DNA of 64,000 bases from Adineta vaga (taxonomy: Eukaryota; Animalia; Rotifera): the NCBI GenBank assembly GCA_021613535.1, contig CP075495.1:13206001-13270000 (forward strand). The letters run 5' to 3'. Shown piece by piece: positions 13,958 through 27,054 of the stretch. Positions within the stretch are counted from its first letter, which is position 1; each line of letters begins with the position of its first letter. A program made the translations under genes and the position numbers. The notes beneath the pieces were generated by a model that was not told where the DNA came from, ran no database searches, and worked only from the letters and a program-made list of their open reading frames with translations.

Positions 13958-15375
13958 TTCCAAGAAGTTTAATTAACTGACAAGTAGATTGAAAAACTCA
14001 ATTCTTAGAAAAAAAAAGTCAAGAGAAAAAGAATAATGCCAAACCAAATTCCATTTTCTGCTCTATGCCTTTCGTTGAACATGAAATTAGTGTAGACAAC
14101 TGTAAACACACACACATACACACAAGAGACTTCAATAAGCTATATAGAACAAAAAAGAAGAAGAACGAGGGATTTTTAGAAACGAACACGCAAACCATTA
14201 AGCTTAAGTAATCAGGAAATAAGCTATCATATGGTATATTTTGTGAGAAGAATAATTACCTGTCCACCCATTGAATTATTTTTTTCATTCATCATTTTGT
14301 CGTTGTTAATTAAATATTAGTTTCGATTGTGACGATTGCAGAAAAATATAGATACACATACATAGAGCTGCGTAATTGATGTTGATAACTGGATTAAGAA
14401 TAATTTCGAAGAGAGATTTAGAGAAACAAAACGTACAAATAGAATGATTATATTCAATGCGAAGAAAATGTAGCGTGTAATATTAATCAGTTCATCATCA
14501 ACTTGTAATCCGTTGTTGTTGTTTCTGTCAATCGAAGAAGAAAAGTACAATTGGTCTTAATAAACTATTTACAGTATCAATACACTATGGCTAAACCCAA
14601 CGACAAGCAGCAACAGAGAACAGGAGAAGACGAAGAAAAAGAATAAATGACACTCGCTCGCAGAAGAATCGATATCATTATAGCTTCAGCAAACGTTCTT
14701 CGTGGAAAATCTGTTGAAGGAGATAGAGAGAGAGAGAAACCACTCGTCGGAATGTTTTCTAACGGAGTATATGAACAAATAGCTAGAGATAGCAGATGAG
14801 GTTTTTCCATCGAGAAAACATAAGAGTAGGAACGAGTTTTTTTTCTTCTCCTCTCTTCCCTATTTCTCTTTGTTTTATTATCGATAGCGACAACGAATAG
14901 CGATGATAATCATCGAAAGAGAGACCTCATCATCACAGTCACGTATATAAAAAAAAACGAGATGTCTCGTTCTCTATTTGTAAGAATTGATAGATTCCTT
15001 CGTTTTCCTTCTCGAACTATTCTTTACGTCTATCTGCATCCTCTATTTTCTTCTCTAGTCCTACTCAAGACTAGGTTGCTCTTTATACACTCTATTTTCT
15101 TTCTTTCTTTCTTTCTATTTATGTACTCTATAAAATCATACACACGTATGTCTATTGATTGTATTTGTAATAGAATCGTGATCTATTCCATGAAAATATG
15201 TAATAATAATAACAACAACAACAAACAACTTTAGGAAAAAAAAACTTTAGTGCCACCAGGGAAATCAGTACTAATCAATCATGTGAGGTTTGCGTGTATA
15301 AATGTATAAGAATAAAAAGAAAAAGAAAACTGTTTTTAAACTACAAAAACTAAACAATGCATGCACACACACGCA

Positions 15376-16472
15376 TTAAATATCAACAATGACATAGACA
15401 TCATTTGTTGATGCTTCTTCGTGTATTTGCATGTTGGAATAAGTGATTGCTTTAACTTCAGTTCCTTGTGCATGACGTGATAAATCAAAATTTTCACCAT
15501 AACCACGAGCAATAATACGTAATTCATTTCGATCGAATAGATTAATTTCAATTTTTCGTGCAACAAAATAATCTTCAGTACCATAAACTTCTAACCATTC
15601 GGATAGAAATTTAAATAATAAATTTTGTAGATCACCTTCAGCACGTATATCAATTTGTTTCATGTCACGATTTTCAATACGATCAATATCAGTCATATGT
15701 GCAAACATGCCCATTGCAGCCTAAAATTTCGAATAGAGATTATTCTGATTCAATAAGTAAACGAATCTTTTCGAGAAGATTTTTCTCACGACCTATAAAT
15801 TTGATTAGTAAACAAATTATACATAGTTCAAAAACAAAACTCGTTTTTGTTAATCAGCACTTCCTTTCATGCCAAATGGAAGATTTCTTTTATTTACACT
15901 ATCTCAACTAATACTTCTGGTTGATAGACTATTCAATACGGAAATGAGTTCTAAAGATGCACGGAAGTGGAAATCCATGAAAAATCTTCGAGAGAATATT
16001 GTAAATTATGTATCTTTTCTCTATTAAAACGATGTTCTAGGAATGTCGAATATCATCGGAATATAGTCTCCATAGACATTATGATTGAAATGTCAATAGA
16101 AGATCAAAAATCGAATTAGATTTCATCGTTATGGATGATTGACGAATTAACATCGTTGTTAACTTTTTTATTATGAACGGAAAACAGGGTGATTCATTTT
16201 TCTTTATTTCAATTGAATGGGGACACTTCACACTACAACAAATACATATTTCTATATCTAACCTGTTCAAAAGATTCTTCTAAGGAATTTCCCCATGCAT
16301 GAATTTGTACATCAGCTGTATTATCAAGAAATTCATATTTAATATCGGGATAATCAAATTGAACATCTTCATTGGATGCTGATGGACCATTCTCCTCTTC
16401 GTCTTGTTGTTGTTGTTCTTGTTGCTGTTGTTGTTGAGATTTTGTGTTTATATTTTCAGTTTTGTTTGACAT
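15376..16472 (-). CDS. ZBTB8OS: archease (tRNA-ligase RtcB cofactor); exons 16263-16472 and 15376-15720; polyQ/acidic N-terminal extension
   Basis: KYEFLDNTADVQIHAWGNSLEESFEQ|AAMGMF...GTEVKAITYSNMQI...VYVIVDI are archease signatures. Confidence 0.95.
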
Positions 16473-16505
16473 TTTTAATTCACTAATTTCGTTGAATCAA
16501 TGAAT

Positions 16506-16754
16506 TTATTTCTCAGCAAGACGTTCTTGTTCAGCAATTTCAGCTTCTGTCTGTCGTATAGCAAGTGTTGTTTCTAAACGTTCTTTTCCTCGTCGACGAA
16601 TTTCTGGTAAATATTCGGTTTTAGCTTTATATAATTGATGGCAAACAGCAAGAAAAGCAACTCCAGTGAGACCAATTAAAAATGATGCTGTTATTCGATG
16701 TGCTCGATCGTAAATAGCAGTACGATTTTGTATACGAAATAAACGGGCTAGCAT
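16506..16754 (-). CDS. small single-TM protein, probable COX14-like cytochrome c oxidase assembly factor (82 aa from ATG 16754)
   Basis: DRAHRITASFLIGLTGVAFLAVCHQLY is a D-x-x-H-R motif plus TM followed by a charged coiled tail, as in the COX14 family. Clean ORF with typical codon usage. Confidence 0.6.
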   Translation of the reverse strand: MLARLFRIQNRTAIYDRAHRITASFLIGLTGVAFLAVCHQLYKAKTEYLPEIRRRGKERLETTLAIRQTEAEIAEQERLAEK

Positions 16755-17080
16755 TTGAAAAAACAATCGTCAAACATTCGAAGTGCAATGGATGGATCAA
16801 TATTATGAAATATTCATTGGATGGTAAAATTTGGATTTATTGGAAAGTCCTTTGAAAAGCTTTTTTTTCGCTTCATTTGAATATTATTCTGAATATATAA
16901 AGAGAGAAAAAAAAACAATCTTGAATTTCATTTGATCAAACAATCAAACTGACCTATAGATGACAGGCGTGTTGTTTTTGGTAGATGGTATAAATGATTC
17001 ATCGAGCGAGGGAGGTTGATAGACTGAATCATTTCTGAATTGATTCAATACATAATAAAAAGATCGTGTTTTTTTCAGAT

Positions 17081-19826
17081 ATGACCTCTAATACCTCAAA
17101 CGACATGTCTCAGGTAATATCGTTTTGATTTCTTTTTGCGTCCTTTGATTTACCTTGTCAATATCGTTTTAGTTACAATTGAAACTTGATGAATTAACAC
17201 GATTAACCGAAGTTGATTATGAAACAAATAAAACGGTGAATATTTTTCAATATTTTGATAAAATCTATACACTATGTTATAATACATCGAATTTTCAAAC
17301 ATTAATTGACACATTAATTCAAAGAGATTATCCGAGTAAGTAGTGAATGTTTGTCATTTATTTTATGATCTATTGATATTTTATAGAAATTTGTTTTCCA
17401 ATTTTGAAACGCATTTATACAGATGTCTTTCTAACTGAAGAACGTTGGCATATTAGTTATTATTTAATTCATTCATTTTGGAATTATACAGATAAATCAA
17501 ATGCCATGTGTACAGTATGTATTCGAAGAATTCAAAAAATGAGACATGCTATTATGCTTCTTTCTTTTTAAGGCAATGGTCAATGCACAAATGGTACCAA
17601 TGCTTATTTATAGTTTAAAACAAGAAAAATATTTGAAAAATTTTGCTTCAAATAATGTTTGTTTACCGAAAATATTGTTTGAAAAATGAATGAAAAATGC
17701 GTTATATATTTAGGCAATTGAAAAATTATTCGAGATGACTACTTCCATTTTGCATAATATTGCTCAAGTACCTGAATTAGTTGGTCATTTAAGACAACAT
17801 CAATGTTTAGAAGTATGTTAATGATCATAAAAGAGTTTTTTTTTCATATCCTTTGTTTTATTCTTCTAGACTTTAAATCGATTGATTTCAACTATTGGTG
17901 TACATAAAACTTTTCTCCGAGGAATATCTTATCTAACTTTAGCTTATATTATTCGAGAAGATGAACGCCTTTATTTAACTAATTCAAACGGTATTTATTT
18001 ATTACCGTATCTTTTTTTTTTGTTTTTGAAATGATTCATTCTGTTTTTAGAATCAATTCCTTATCTTGTTGATCTTTTGAATAAAGCAATTACAAGCAGT
18101 GATCGTCGATCATCTGGTTTAGAAGCTCGAGAATTATGTAAAGGTTTATCGAAATTATCTGTTGCTGATAATAACAAACACAAAGTAAGTCATGTCATTA
18201 AATATATATCAAAATTCATTTTAAATATTTAGATTTTTTCTGAAACAAAATTACTTGATAGTTTATTGAATATGCTCGAACAACATACGAATAGTCAAGA
18301 ACAAATAGCTGCTTGTACATTAGTTTGGAATTTAGCATTTGATCAAAATGTTCGAAAAGTTTATAAAGATCACAAACAATTAAATCAAATTTTAAATAAT
18401 ATTGCACAAACAGCATCGAATGATGAATTACGACGATCAGCATCCGGATGTTTATGTACATTAATGGGTGGTCCAAAACCACCTGCAACGAAAGCATCAC
18501 CTATAGAGAAAGAGGATAGAAATGTAATGATTTCGTATAATCATGATAATAAACAATTATCAAAACAAATTAAAGATCAATTAGTAGCTGATGGATATAA
18601 TGTTTGGAGTTAGTAAAAAGATTTCGAAGGAAAACTGATTATCATATGGAATTCTTTCTTTGTTTAGTTGATTTGGAAAAAATGCATGGAAATTTATTGG
18701 ATGCAATGTCGGATGCTATTGAAAATTCATCAATTTTTCTTATGTGTTATACGGAAAAATACAAAGATTCACCAAGTTGTCGATTAGGTATTGAAATAGT
18801 TTGGAAATTTTCGTTTCTTTCATTCTTTCTTTCGTTTCGATAGAATGTGAATATGCATATCAACGAAAAAAACATATTGTTCCACTTCTTTTTCAACCGA
18901 ATTATAAACCTGAGTAAGTTTAATTGAATGTTAAAATTATTCAAATAAGCAATAAAATTTTCAAAGTGGATGGCTTGGAATTATTGTTGGTACAAAAGTG
19001 TATGTAAATTATGCTAAAAAACCATTTGAAGCAGCTTATTCAGAAACACTTTCGGAACTTCAAGCATTGGGTAGTCAAACAGAACAAAAATCGACAGTGT
19101 CACCACCAAACAAATGTATGTTTTATTCAGATGTTGTTTTTATTCTTAAGATTGTGTTTTAGATGCACCTCCACCTCCTGCACCACCTCGTTCAGCACCA
19201 TCATCAACAACAGCAGCTACTGTTGCTGCTGCTGCTTCTACTACTGCAGTAACGAATGAAACAGTTAGTTCACGTATAAGTCCTCCACCGAATGCTTTGG
19301 CACATTTAATGTCACAATTTCGAATGGATAAAGCATCCGAGCCAATGCCAATTTCGGCGGCTACTTTGGAAAAATTGTCTCTTCGAGATACACAACGTTT
19401 ATTAACTGATCATGGCTTAGAAAAGTAAGGTTTTCGTGAAGAAAATGTTCAATCAATTATCTTTCTCTTGTTTTTCTAAAAACAAGATTTCTTCCAATAT
19501 TTGTTGATATGGATGGCGCTAAATTAGCGAAATTATTTGAAATAAAAAATAAGGTAATTGCACTATTATTGATCTTTATTTTATCTCCACAAGATTTCTT
19601 CAATAGGCACCAGAATGTTATTATATGCTTATCAAAGAAAAACTTGATCAAAAGTATGTCAAAGAATAACATGTAAGATATCAATCTAATTTATTCTTTG
19701 TTTAGTCATTCAACGTTCAATACACCGAGAGCAACGACACCACCACCACCATCACCAACAATGGCTCAATTTCTTCAATTAATGATGGCTCTTGACAAAC
19801 TTGCCGATCGATGTTCATTGAAATAA
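17081..19826 (+). CDS. ARM-repeat + TIR (TIR_2 type) + C-terminal SAM-like protein, multi-exon
   Basis: ARM-like ELCKGLSKLSVADNNK and EQIAACTLVWNLAFD. TIR: VMISYNHDNKQ..GYNVWIDLEKMHGNLLDAMSDAIENS..KYKDSPSCRLECEYAYQRKKHIVPL..YKPDGWLGIIVG. SAM-like LTDHGLEKFLPIFVDMDGAKL. Confidence 0.85.
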
Positions 19827-20257
19827 TAATTTATCGAATATAAATGATTTTAGTCAAAATTCAGATACTTCATCTCAAAGGAGGCTATCGAACGATTTGG
19901 TTTAGTTTCTTTCTCTATCTTTTTTCTATTTAATATTGTTTAATTCTATGAATGTGTCTTTTCTTTTTGTATCTTTTCGTACTTTAACCTAGATGATTGT
20001 AAGATTGAAACGAATGATGAATATTGTCTACTTTTTTTGATGTTGTATTTATCGTGTTTATGAAAGAGAAAAAAAGAAGTCATATTTATTTCAAAGATTG
20101 ATTAAATAAGATGGATTGTATTTGACAAGAGAAAACACATAGATGTATAGTTAGCAAAGAACAACAGATAGATATTGACAGACAAGACGAACATCGAGTA
20201 AATATATAATAAATAGAACGAGATCACCGTACAATCTCTTTCACTAAATGGATAGAT

Positions 20258-23200
20258 TTATTGTTTGGTATCATCGAGTTCACCTTCATCGGAATTAACT
20301 GTTTCTAAAATACTGACCGTACGTGATAAATATCGTTCACTTGATGATCTTGTTGTATGATTTCCTGAATCACTTTGAATACGTTTACGTGCTCGTGGTG
20401 TTACTAAGGATGTTTGACGTGTTAATTGTGAAACAGTTCTTTTGGGATAATGTAATTTTGCGTCTGATACCATACGAACAAACATTGGCCGTGGTCGTTT
20501 TTCTTTTAAAAGATTGGATATTGGCTTTTCAAATGTTACACGATGATGTGGAGTCATTGTTGTTATCGTATTTGACTAAAGAAAATAAATAATTAGTATT
20601 CTCTTTTCTTTTCTATTAAATTCATTGATTTACTCGAACTTTAGGCATTGGATAAATTGTTGTTTCTATCGGTGCTTCTGAACTAACTTTTTCGCGTGAT
20701 GCAATTATTTCACGCTCGAGATTAGTAATAGATGCTTGTTTAACAGTTGATTCTAATGAATCTGTTGATGCTGATTGTCGTCCACTACGTTGAGCACGAT
20801 ATTCGGCTATGACAATATCTGCATGTTCTTGTATAATATGAAAGGCAACATGCATATCATCATCAGTAGCATGTTTAGCACAAACAGCAAAACGAATAAT
20901 ATATAAATCATTGACCATTGATGGAACCATATGAATTTGACCAGAATCATTGAGAGATAAAAGTAATTTTTGACTTAATTTATTACTACCCTAGAGTTAA
21001 AATGAATTCATCGATTGCAAGATGAAAGTAAGAAATAAATGTAGTTACTTTCAAACGAAAACAAACAAGACCTAATGTTACATCACCAATGATATCAAAA
21101 CGAGGATCTGCACTGATTAATAATTCAAATACTTTGGCTAAACGACAGTGCTAAATGAAGAAATAGAAAAACATTTGAATGAAATAGAACAAGAATGATT
21201 TTACTTCTCGAATATAATGTCGAAGTCCTTCAACACCATAACTTCGAATTGTAAACCAAAGTTTAAGTGCCCGAAATCGACGACTTAACGCAACACCCCA
21301 ATGCTAAAATCCATAGAAAGAAAATACCATTGAAACTGACTAAAGATCATTTTCATATCTACTCGGTAATCAACTGCATGTTGAGCATGTTTATGTTGTA
21401 AATAAAGTGGATCGACAGACATAGCATTGATCAGTGCAAATTTATCTCGAACCCTATTATTAAAGAATAGTTTCAATAGAAAAAGAAATTCGGAAATTGT
21501 TACCAAAAACATGAACAATCAAAATTCATTAATAACCATTTGTTTGGATTAGTATTGAATGAATCGGCATACTATGTTTGATACAAAACAAAAATGAATA
21601 TTTTGAATGAAGTACAAAGAAATCTTACTTCAAGTCCTTCCATAATGTATCGATATTCTTCACAAATAAAAGCACTACCGGCATATGCACCGTCAACATG
21701 AAACCAAAGTTGTTCACGTTGACATATTTCACCAATTTCTTTCAGATTATCATATGAAGAACATGATGTTGTACCTAGCGTACCTGATACCTACAATTTA
21801 ACTTTTAATTGTCTATAAACAGAAAGAATAGTAGATGTGCAAACCAGAAATGGTATTAATCCATTTTCTTTATCAGCTCGAATAGATTCTTCCAGAGTTT
21901 TGCCACGCAATGAAAAATGTTCATCCACTGCCAATTGACGAACACGAACCATAGCAATTAATCCTGCCTTTTCTACACATGAATGTGCCTAAAACATATA
22001 TATATATACTCCAGTTTCATACCGAGCACGTCGTATCTCTGAATAAAACCTACCAGTTTTGATGTATAACAAACCAATCTCGCTAAAATTTGCCCATCTT
22101 CTATAAGTGGATCCGTAAGACGTTTACTTGTAATTTTCTTTGTTCGAGCAGCTAACATAGCAACAAGAATGCATTCACTTGCTGAACCCTATCAAACAAA
22201 AATATTCAATAGAAATTGTTCGAACGAAGATCAAATTCTAATTACGAGAAGAACACCACCACCGATATGTCGAGATTGTTTCTGTTCATTTCCATTGTTA
22301 ACAAGATTATGTTTATGAACTTCGCTTGATTCATCATCATCATCATCGTCGTCGTCGTCGTCGTCGTCAGTTTGAGAAGATAATGAATCTTCACTATTCT
22401 TATATTCTCGATGAGGATCAAATGGAAGAAAAGCAACTGGTATTGCTATCATACGGCCTAAGAAAAAACAAATATTCAATTAAAATACACATTTTCTTCT
22501 TACCTATCCAATCTAACATAATTGTTTCCAATTCTGTACATGCTGGACTAGCAGCCCATGAAAATCCAACGATACCAAGTCCAGCAGAGAGCATTTCCCC
22601 CAAAATTGATGGATAACTATTTCCAGCTGGAAAATATGCGTGAAAACGTGGATGTTGCCAATGTGTTATTCCAGGCATAATTGCTTGTTCGACATCTTGC
22701 ATAATATCTTCCCATTTCTCACTTTTTTCCGGTGCATGTTTTGGTAACATAGGTCGCAAATAACCTGGTTCAACTTCTGGTGTTACTCGACGTTCACTAT
22801 GAATCAGTTTAATAAAGAGATGTACTAGTTCATCGAAATCTTCTCTAGAATCTACCTGATATGAAGTAAATAATCGGCAATATAATCAACCATCTCTTTT
22901 CCACGTCGACGAAATTCTTCATCATCCATGCCTGAGATGGATGGTTTTATTTCTTGTTGATATTGCGAAGTGCATGGTACATAATTCAATGTCTGATCTT
23001 TTTTTCGTTCTTGATCAACACTAGAAATAAACATTGAACTTTTCAGTATCAAAGAAGATTTCTACCATTTTCTCACAAAACATCTTCGTTTTAATGGAGA
23101 AGATTGACATGGAACAAGTAGTGTTGGATTTATTGATGATACTTGTGTAACTTCAATCATAGTCTTTATTTTGATATGTGTACAAGGAAGAAGATAGTGA

Positions 23201-23666
23201 GTCTTTTTATTTTAATAGCTGATTCATTCTTTAATGAAGAGCAGATGATGATGATGATGGATTCTATTCTCTCTCGCACTTTTCTTCTTTTTTCGTTTAT
23301 CATTAGACAAATTCCAGTACAAAAAAAGAGAATCATAACATAATCAAATTCTTACTGTGAATTTTGTTGCTTTGAAATTTTAATTGATGATGTTTTTTGA
23401 ATATAAGATGGATATGTTTGTGATGGTAATGGATTATCATTAGTTTTAATTGATATTTGACGAGAAATACGTGAAGTATTACGACGTCGATTATTAACAG
23501 GTGAATGAGCATTTGCTGATGGGATTAATCGATCAAAAAATGTCGAAATTGGAAGTGACGGATTTGTATCAGATGTTGAAGATGTTGTTGATGAAGATGA
23601 TGTTGAAGTATTTGTATGAAAGAAATTTGTTAATTTATGATACAATGTTCCTATACTTTTATCCAT
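20258..23666 (-). CDS. Tdc: tyrosine decarboxylase (PLP-dependent aromatic amino-acid decarboxylase), multi-exon
   Basis: [71 protein letters not shown] (PLP lysine in the TDC-type NPNKW context) and [17 protein letters not shown]. Confidence 0.9.
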
Positions 23667-24534
23667 GTTTATCCTCTAAATGATGTTCAATGAATGATTA
23701 GAAGATTTCTTCTCTATGTCTCTTCGTTGTTTTTTTAGAAAACATAGTTCTGATTACCAATAACCTTCGTTAGCTTTTCTTTTTTTTCTCTCTTTCTATT
23801 GTATGTTTTACATAGACAGGTACTTGAACATTTTTCCTCTTCTTCTTCTTATCATCATCATCAATAAAATAGTGCCATATTGGTATTATATGAGAGAAAT
23901 AAGTACAAAGGAAAATTTGTCTTGTGAAAAAACGCGTCCAATGATGATTTACGATCGTGATTGACGTTGAGAAAAAACGAGTATGAACGAAGTAATGACA
24001 TGTTGAACATAGAGATATAGTACTTTTTTTATGAATTTAGTGCCCCGGTAAACGTTGTAGTACCGGGTAAATAGACAAATTCGATGAAATACACATAAAG
24101 AAAAAAAATTATATTTGTCCAACAATTTTCTCCCGCCTACTAAAGTTTATATTTATGTATATTGCTAGGTCGTTTTTCTTTTCATTTCAATCATTGAATC
24201 TTAAACGAACAACTTCCGCAATAGATTTGTTGTTGGTGACGGAAATAACTTGTTCAATCGACTAAAAAGTGATGTGAACAGAAAAGGATCCAATCAAAAG
24301 TTTTTGATGATCGCTTGCAAAAACAATCTTGATCTAACAGGGTTATGTAGAGATACTATGTAACATGAAGAATCTTTTTTTTCTTGATTTTGCGAAAGTC
24401 AAATGAAAAACAAGACTGAAGTATTTATATATATTTATCGGTTGAATTATTTTTATTAAAATTCTACTGTAACAAAAGAATTAGAATATAAAAATCAAAT
24501 AATGCACAGATTTGAAAAAGATAGGATGTAGAAT

Positions 24535-25640
24535 CTATGTAGGATTTGGTCCACATTCGACCAATTCGATTTCTCGTAACAAATATTCTTTTCCTTCCCA
24601 CGTGTGTTTTACGTCTCTAACATCTGTTATTTGGAAAGCAACAAATGGTACGATCAAAACTTCGTTTTCTTCTGGAAAATTACTAACTGATTCGATAGAA
24701 AGACTTGAACGAGGATTAGAAACCTTGTATTCACAAATAACCGATAGGCGATTATCGTTTTATGGATATCGGAAAATCCAATATATATTTCGGCAATTTC
24801 ACGCCGTGTGGAAGTTGAGAGAAACGATCGAGTTATTACAACCTTATTTTTTCCATATTGCTCCAGGTCATCTTCGAGTAATTTCATGCCACGAAATGTA
24901 GTTGAAGCATATTGATAATCGCGAAAAACTCTATGATTAATAAGAAGTGAAGCATATATATATTGGCCAAGATCTTTTGGTGGTTCATTATCCGGATAAT
25001 CTAATCGTGTGCTAACAAAACGAAAATCTGATCCTAATTTAGCCAGATCCTCATTTAGTTTTGAGCAAAAGAGTGAAGTGCCTGTGTAAATATTAACTAA
25101 ATACAGTGGCTCGCCCTCATCAATTGCATAGTCGAGGTAGGTTTTTACTTCATCTCGACATTTTTCAGTATTGAATGTCATCTTTTCCACGTAGTTATTT
25201 AGAATTTCTTCCAAAAGTTCGTTAAGTGGTACTTTTGTAATCCATCGTTTCATATGTTCATGATTTTCAAATGCAATTCGATAAGCATTACGATATGTAT
25301 CGATCCATTCAATTTCAGGCGTATCACCAACATAATGATTGTCGGTTGCAGTTTGCGATGGTCGATAAGCCGCTTGAAAAATCGCCTTAATTTCATCATT
25401 CGGTATCATCTGATCTGCAAGTTTTCCTTCATTGTTCTCTACTGCTCGATTTGAATGGTAACGTAACAACAGACGAACAATTTCTGCATGACCATGTAAT
25501 GTTGCAATATGTAAAGCTGTGTTGCCTTGATCATCTAATGGAGTATTAATTTCTGAGAAAATCAAATTTTCTCGAAAAGTTTTATAATCATTGCTAGAAC
25601 ATGCATCATATAATAACGTTTTAAATTTTTCGTCGAGCAT
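24535..25640 (-). CDS. intronless ankyrin-repeat + R-S-E class (arginine-type) mono-ADP-ribosyltransferase; 1-nt frameshift at ~24758-24761
   Basis: ANK motif GNTALHIATLHGHAEIVRLLL; ART motifs TTFRG and SFLSTS. After a -1 shift the frame continues DNRLSVICEYKV..LSIESVSNFPEENEVLIVPFVAFQITDV to TAG at 24535-24537. Confidence 0.85.
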
Positions 25641-26275
25641 GATGTAGTGTTGTTATGGTATTTTTCTTTAAATGTAAAAAAAAAATAAATGAGTCGTTTC
25701 TTTTCTTTGCGTTCGGTTTGAAACTTCAACAGAATACTTGTTTTTCATTACACGCATGGTTTTATTCTGTATTCTCGTCATTGATGAAGTATCAGAATAG
25801 TTTGATAAGATGTCACTATTCGACAGAGTTGTCTTACAAATACTATGAGTAATTCAATCTTAAATTATAGATACGTGTGTTTTAAACAAGTATTTTTTTA
25901 CACCGTGGTGTAGATCTAACTTGTTTAAATTAAGCTACTTTGATCCGTTTTGAGTAGAGTGTTAATTTATGTCAAAGGACAATAAATCAATTTATACTGC
26001 ATTTCAAAGCTGAAACCACCGATTTCAGAATATGTTGGGGGGTTTCCACATGTTTTTATGAGACGTTTCGTCCTCGTGCTACATCGAATAATTTCTAACT
26101 TAACATCATGATGATCACCCTACTTCGCTACACGAAGCCATGGGCCTTTCAGTTATTAACACCAAGAAAATATATACATTCGTTTACTATGTTATCTCAT
26201 TATCAAATGTGCACTGCAAGATCTCTTCCTTTTGTTTGTCAGTGGAAGTTTATAATTTTTTTTTGTGGTTATTAT

Positions 26276-26581
26276 CAGAGATGGACAAGTCAAGTCAAGT
26301 CCAAAAATATACCGCGTAAAAATCTTTCAAGCACTTCAATTTTGCTTTCTAGTTCGAAAATGTAACAGGAAAATAAAACCAAAATCAATAATTTTTTCCT
26401 CATAGTAGATGTATCTTGAAATAAAGACAGGATTCGGATACGTTGGAAGTCTTTTTCAGTTTTGATAGGTTATCTGACTTTCCCATCAATCAATTTTAAT
26501 GTGACTTGACTTGGAATTTTTTGAATCGGCTACGACTAGACTTGATTTGAGGCAAAAAAGGCGCTGACTTGTTCACCTCTG
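26276..26581. mobile_element. non-autonomous DNA transposon (MITE, hAT-like CAG termini)
   Basis: Left end CAGAGATGGACAAGTCA versus reverse complement of right end CAGAGGTGAACAAGTCA; subterminal AAGTC/GACTT pentamer repeats in inverted orientation. No TSD recognisable. Confidence 0.7.
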
Positions 26582-26668
26582 ATCTCCAGTGATCAAACAT
26601 ACAATGGTCTATTATATTTCAATCTGAATTTAGAGAAAAAAAATAGGCTTTATTTCGAACCGAAAGTA

Positions 26669-26881
26669 AGGAACTAAGGGGACTAACGACGCTGCGAAGC
26701 TGATAAAATGGTTCAATACGAATGAGAATGAAATTTCTTCGACGAAGAAATTAGGATGTATATGAATTTATGAAAGTTTTTTTTACTACAACCTTCGGAT
26801 TTATCGATGACGTTGTTATATTCTGTTGATAATTACAAGTTTTGTTGATCCCCTTAGCTCCCTTAGTCCCCTTAGTTCCTG
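26669..26881. mobile_element. MITE with 18-bp terminal inverted repeats, flanked by TA (Tc1/mariner-like)
   Basis: AGGAACTAAGGGGACTAA on the left and TTAGTCCCCTTAGTTCCT on the right, with additional CCCTTAG repeats; TA on both sides. Confidence 0.75.
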
Positions 26882-27054
26882 TAATTATCTAGAAGTTCAA
26901 ATAATTACAAGGGTGATGAGGGTAGTATCTGATTGAGGGTGAATGTATTGCTTTTAATTCAAAAGACTATTCTTAGGAAAGTTAATATTTCTTGGCATAT
27001 TCATTGTGAAAGATGTTGATGTGTTAGTTCTCTTAATTCTCGTTCTAAATATAT

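Noticed and set aside
8750-15234. Many 60-135 aa Phe/Leu/Ile-rich ORFs
   Set aside because: Low-complexity translations of AT-rich intron/intergenic DNA, often with non-ATG starts and no motifs.
24512-25454. Plus-strand ORFs overlapping the ART gene
   Set aside because: Antisense shadows of the real coding strand.
26040-26100. AGGACGAAACGTC on the minus strand resembling the 3' half of a Penelope-type hammerhead ribozyme
   Set aside because: The CUGANGA box and a pairing stem II partner are missing; no fold can be supported.
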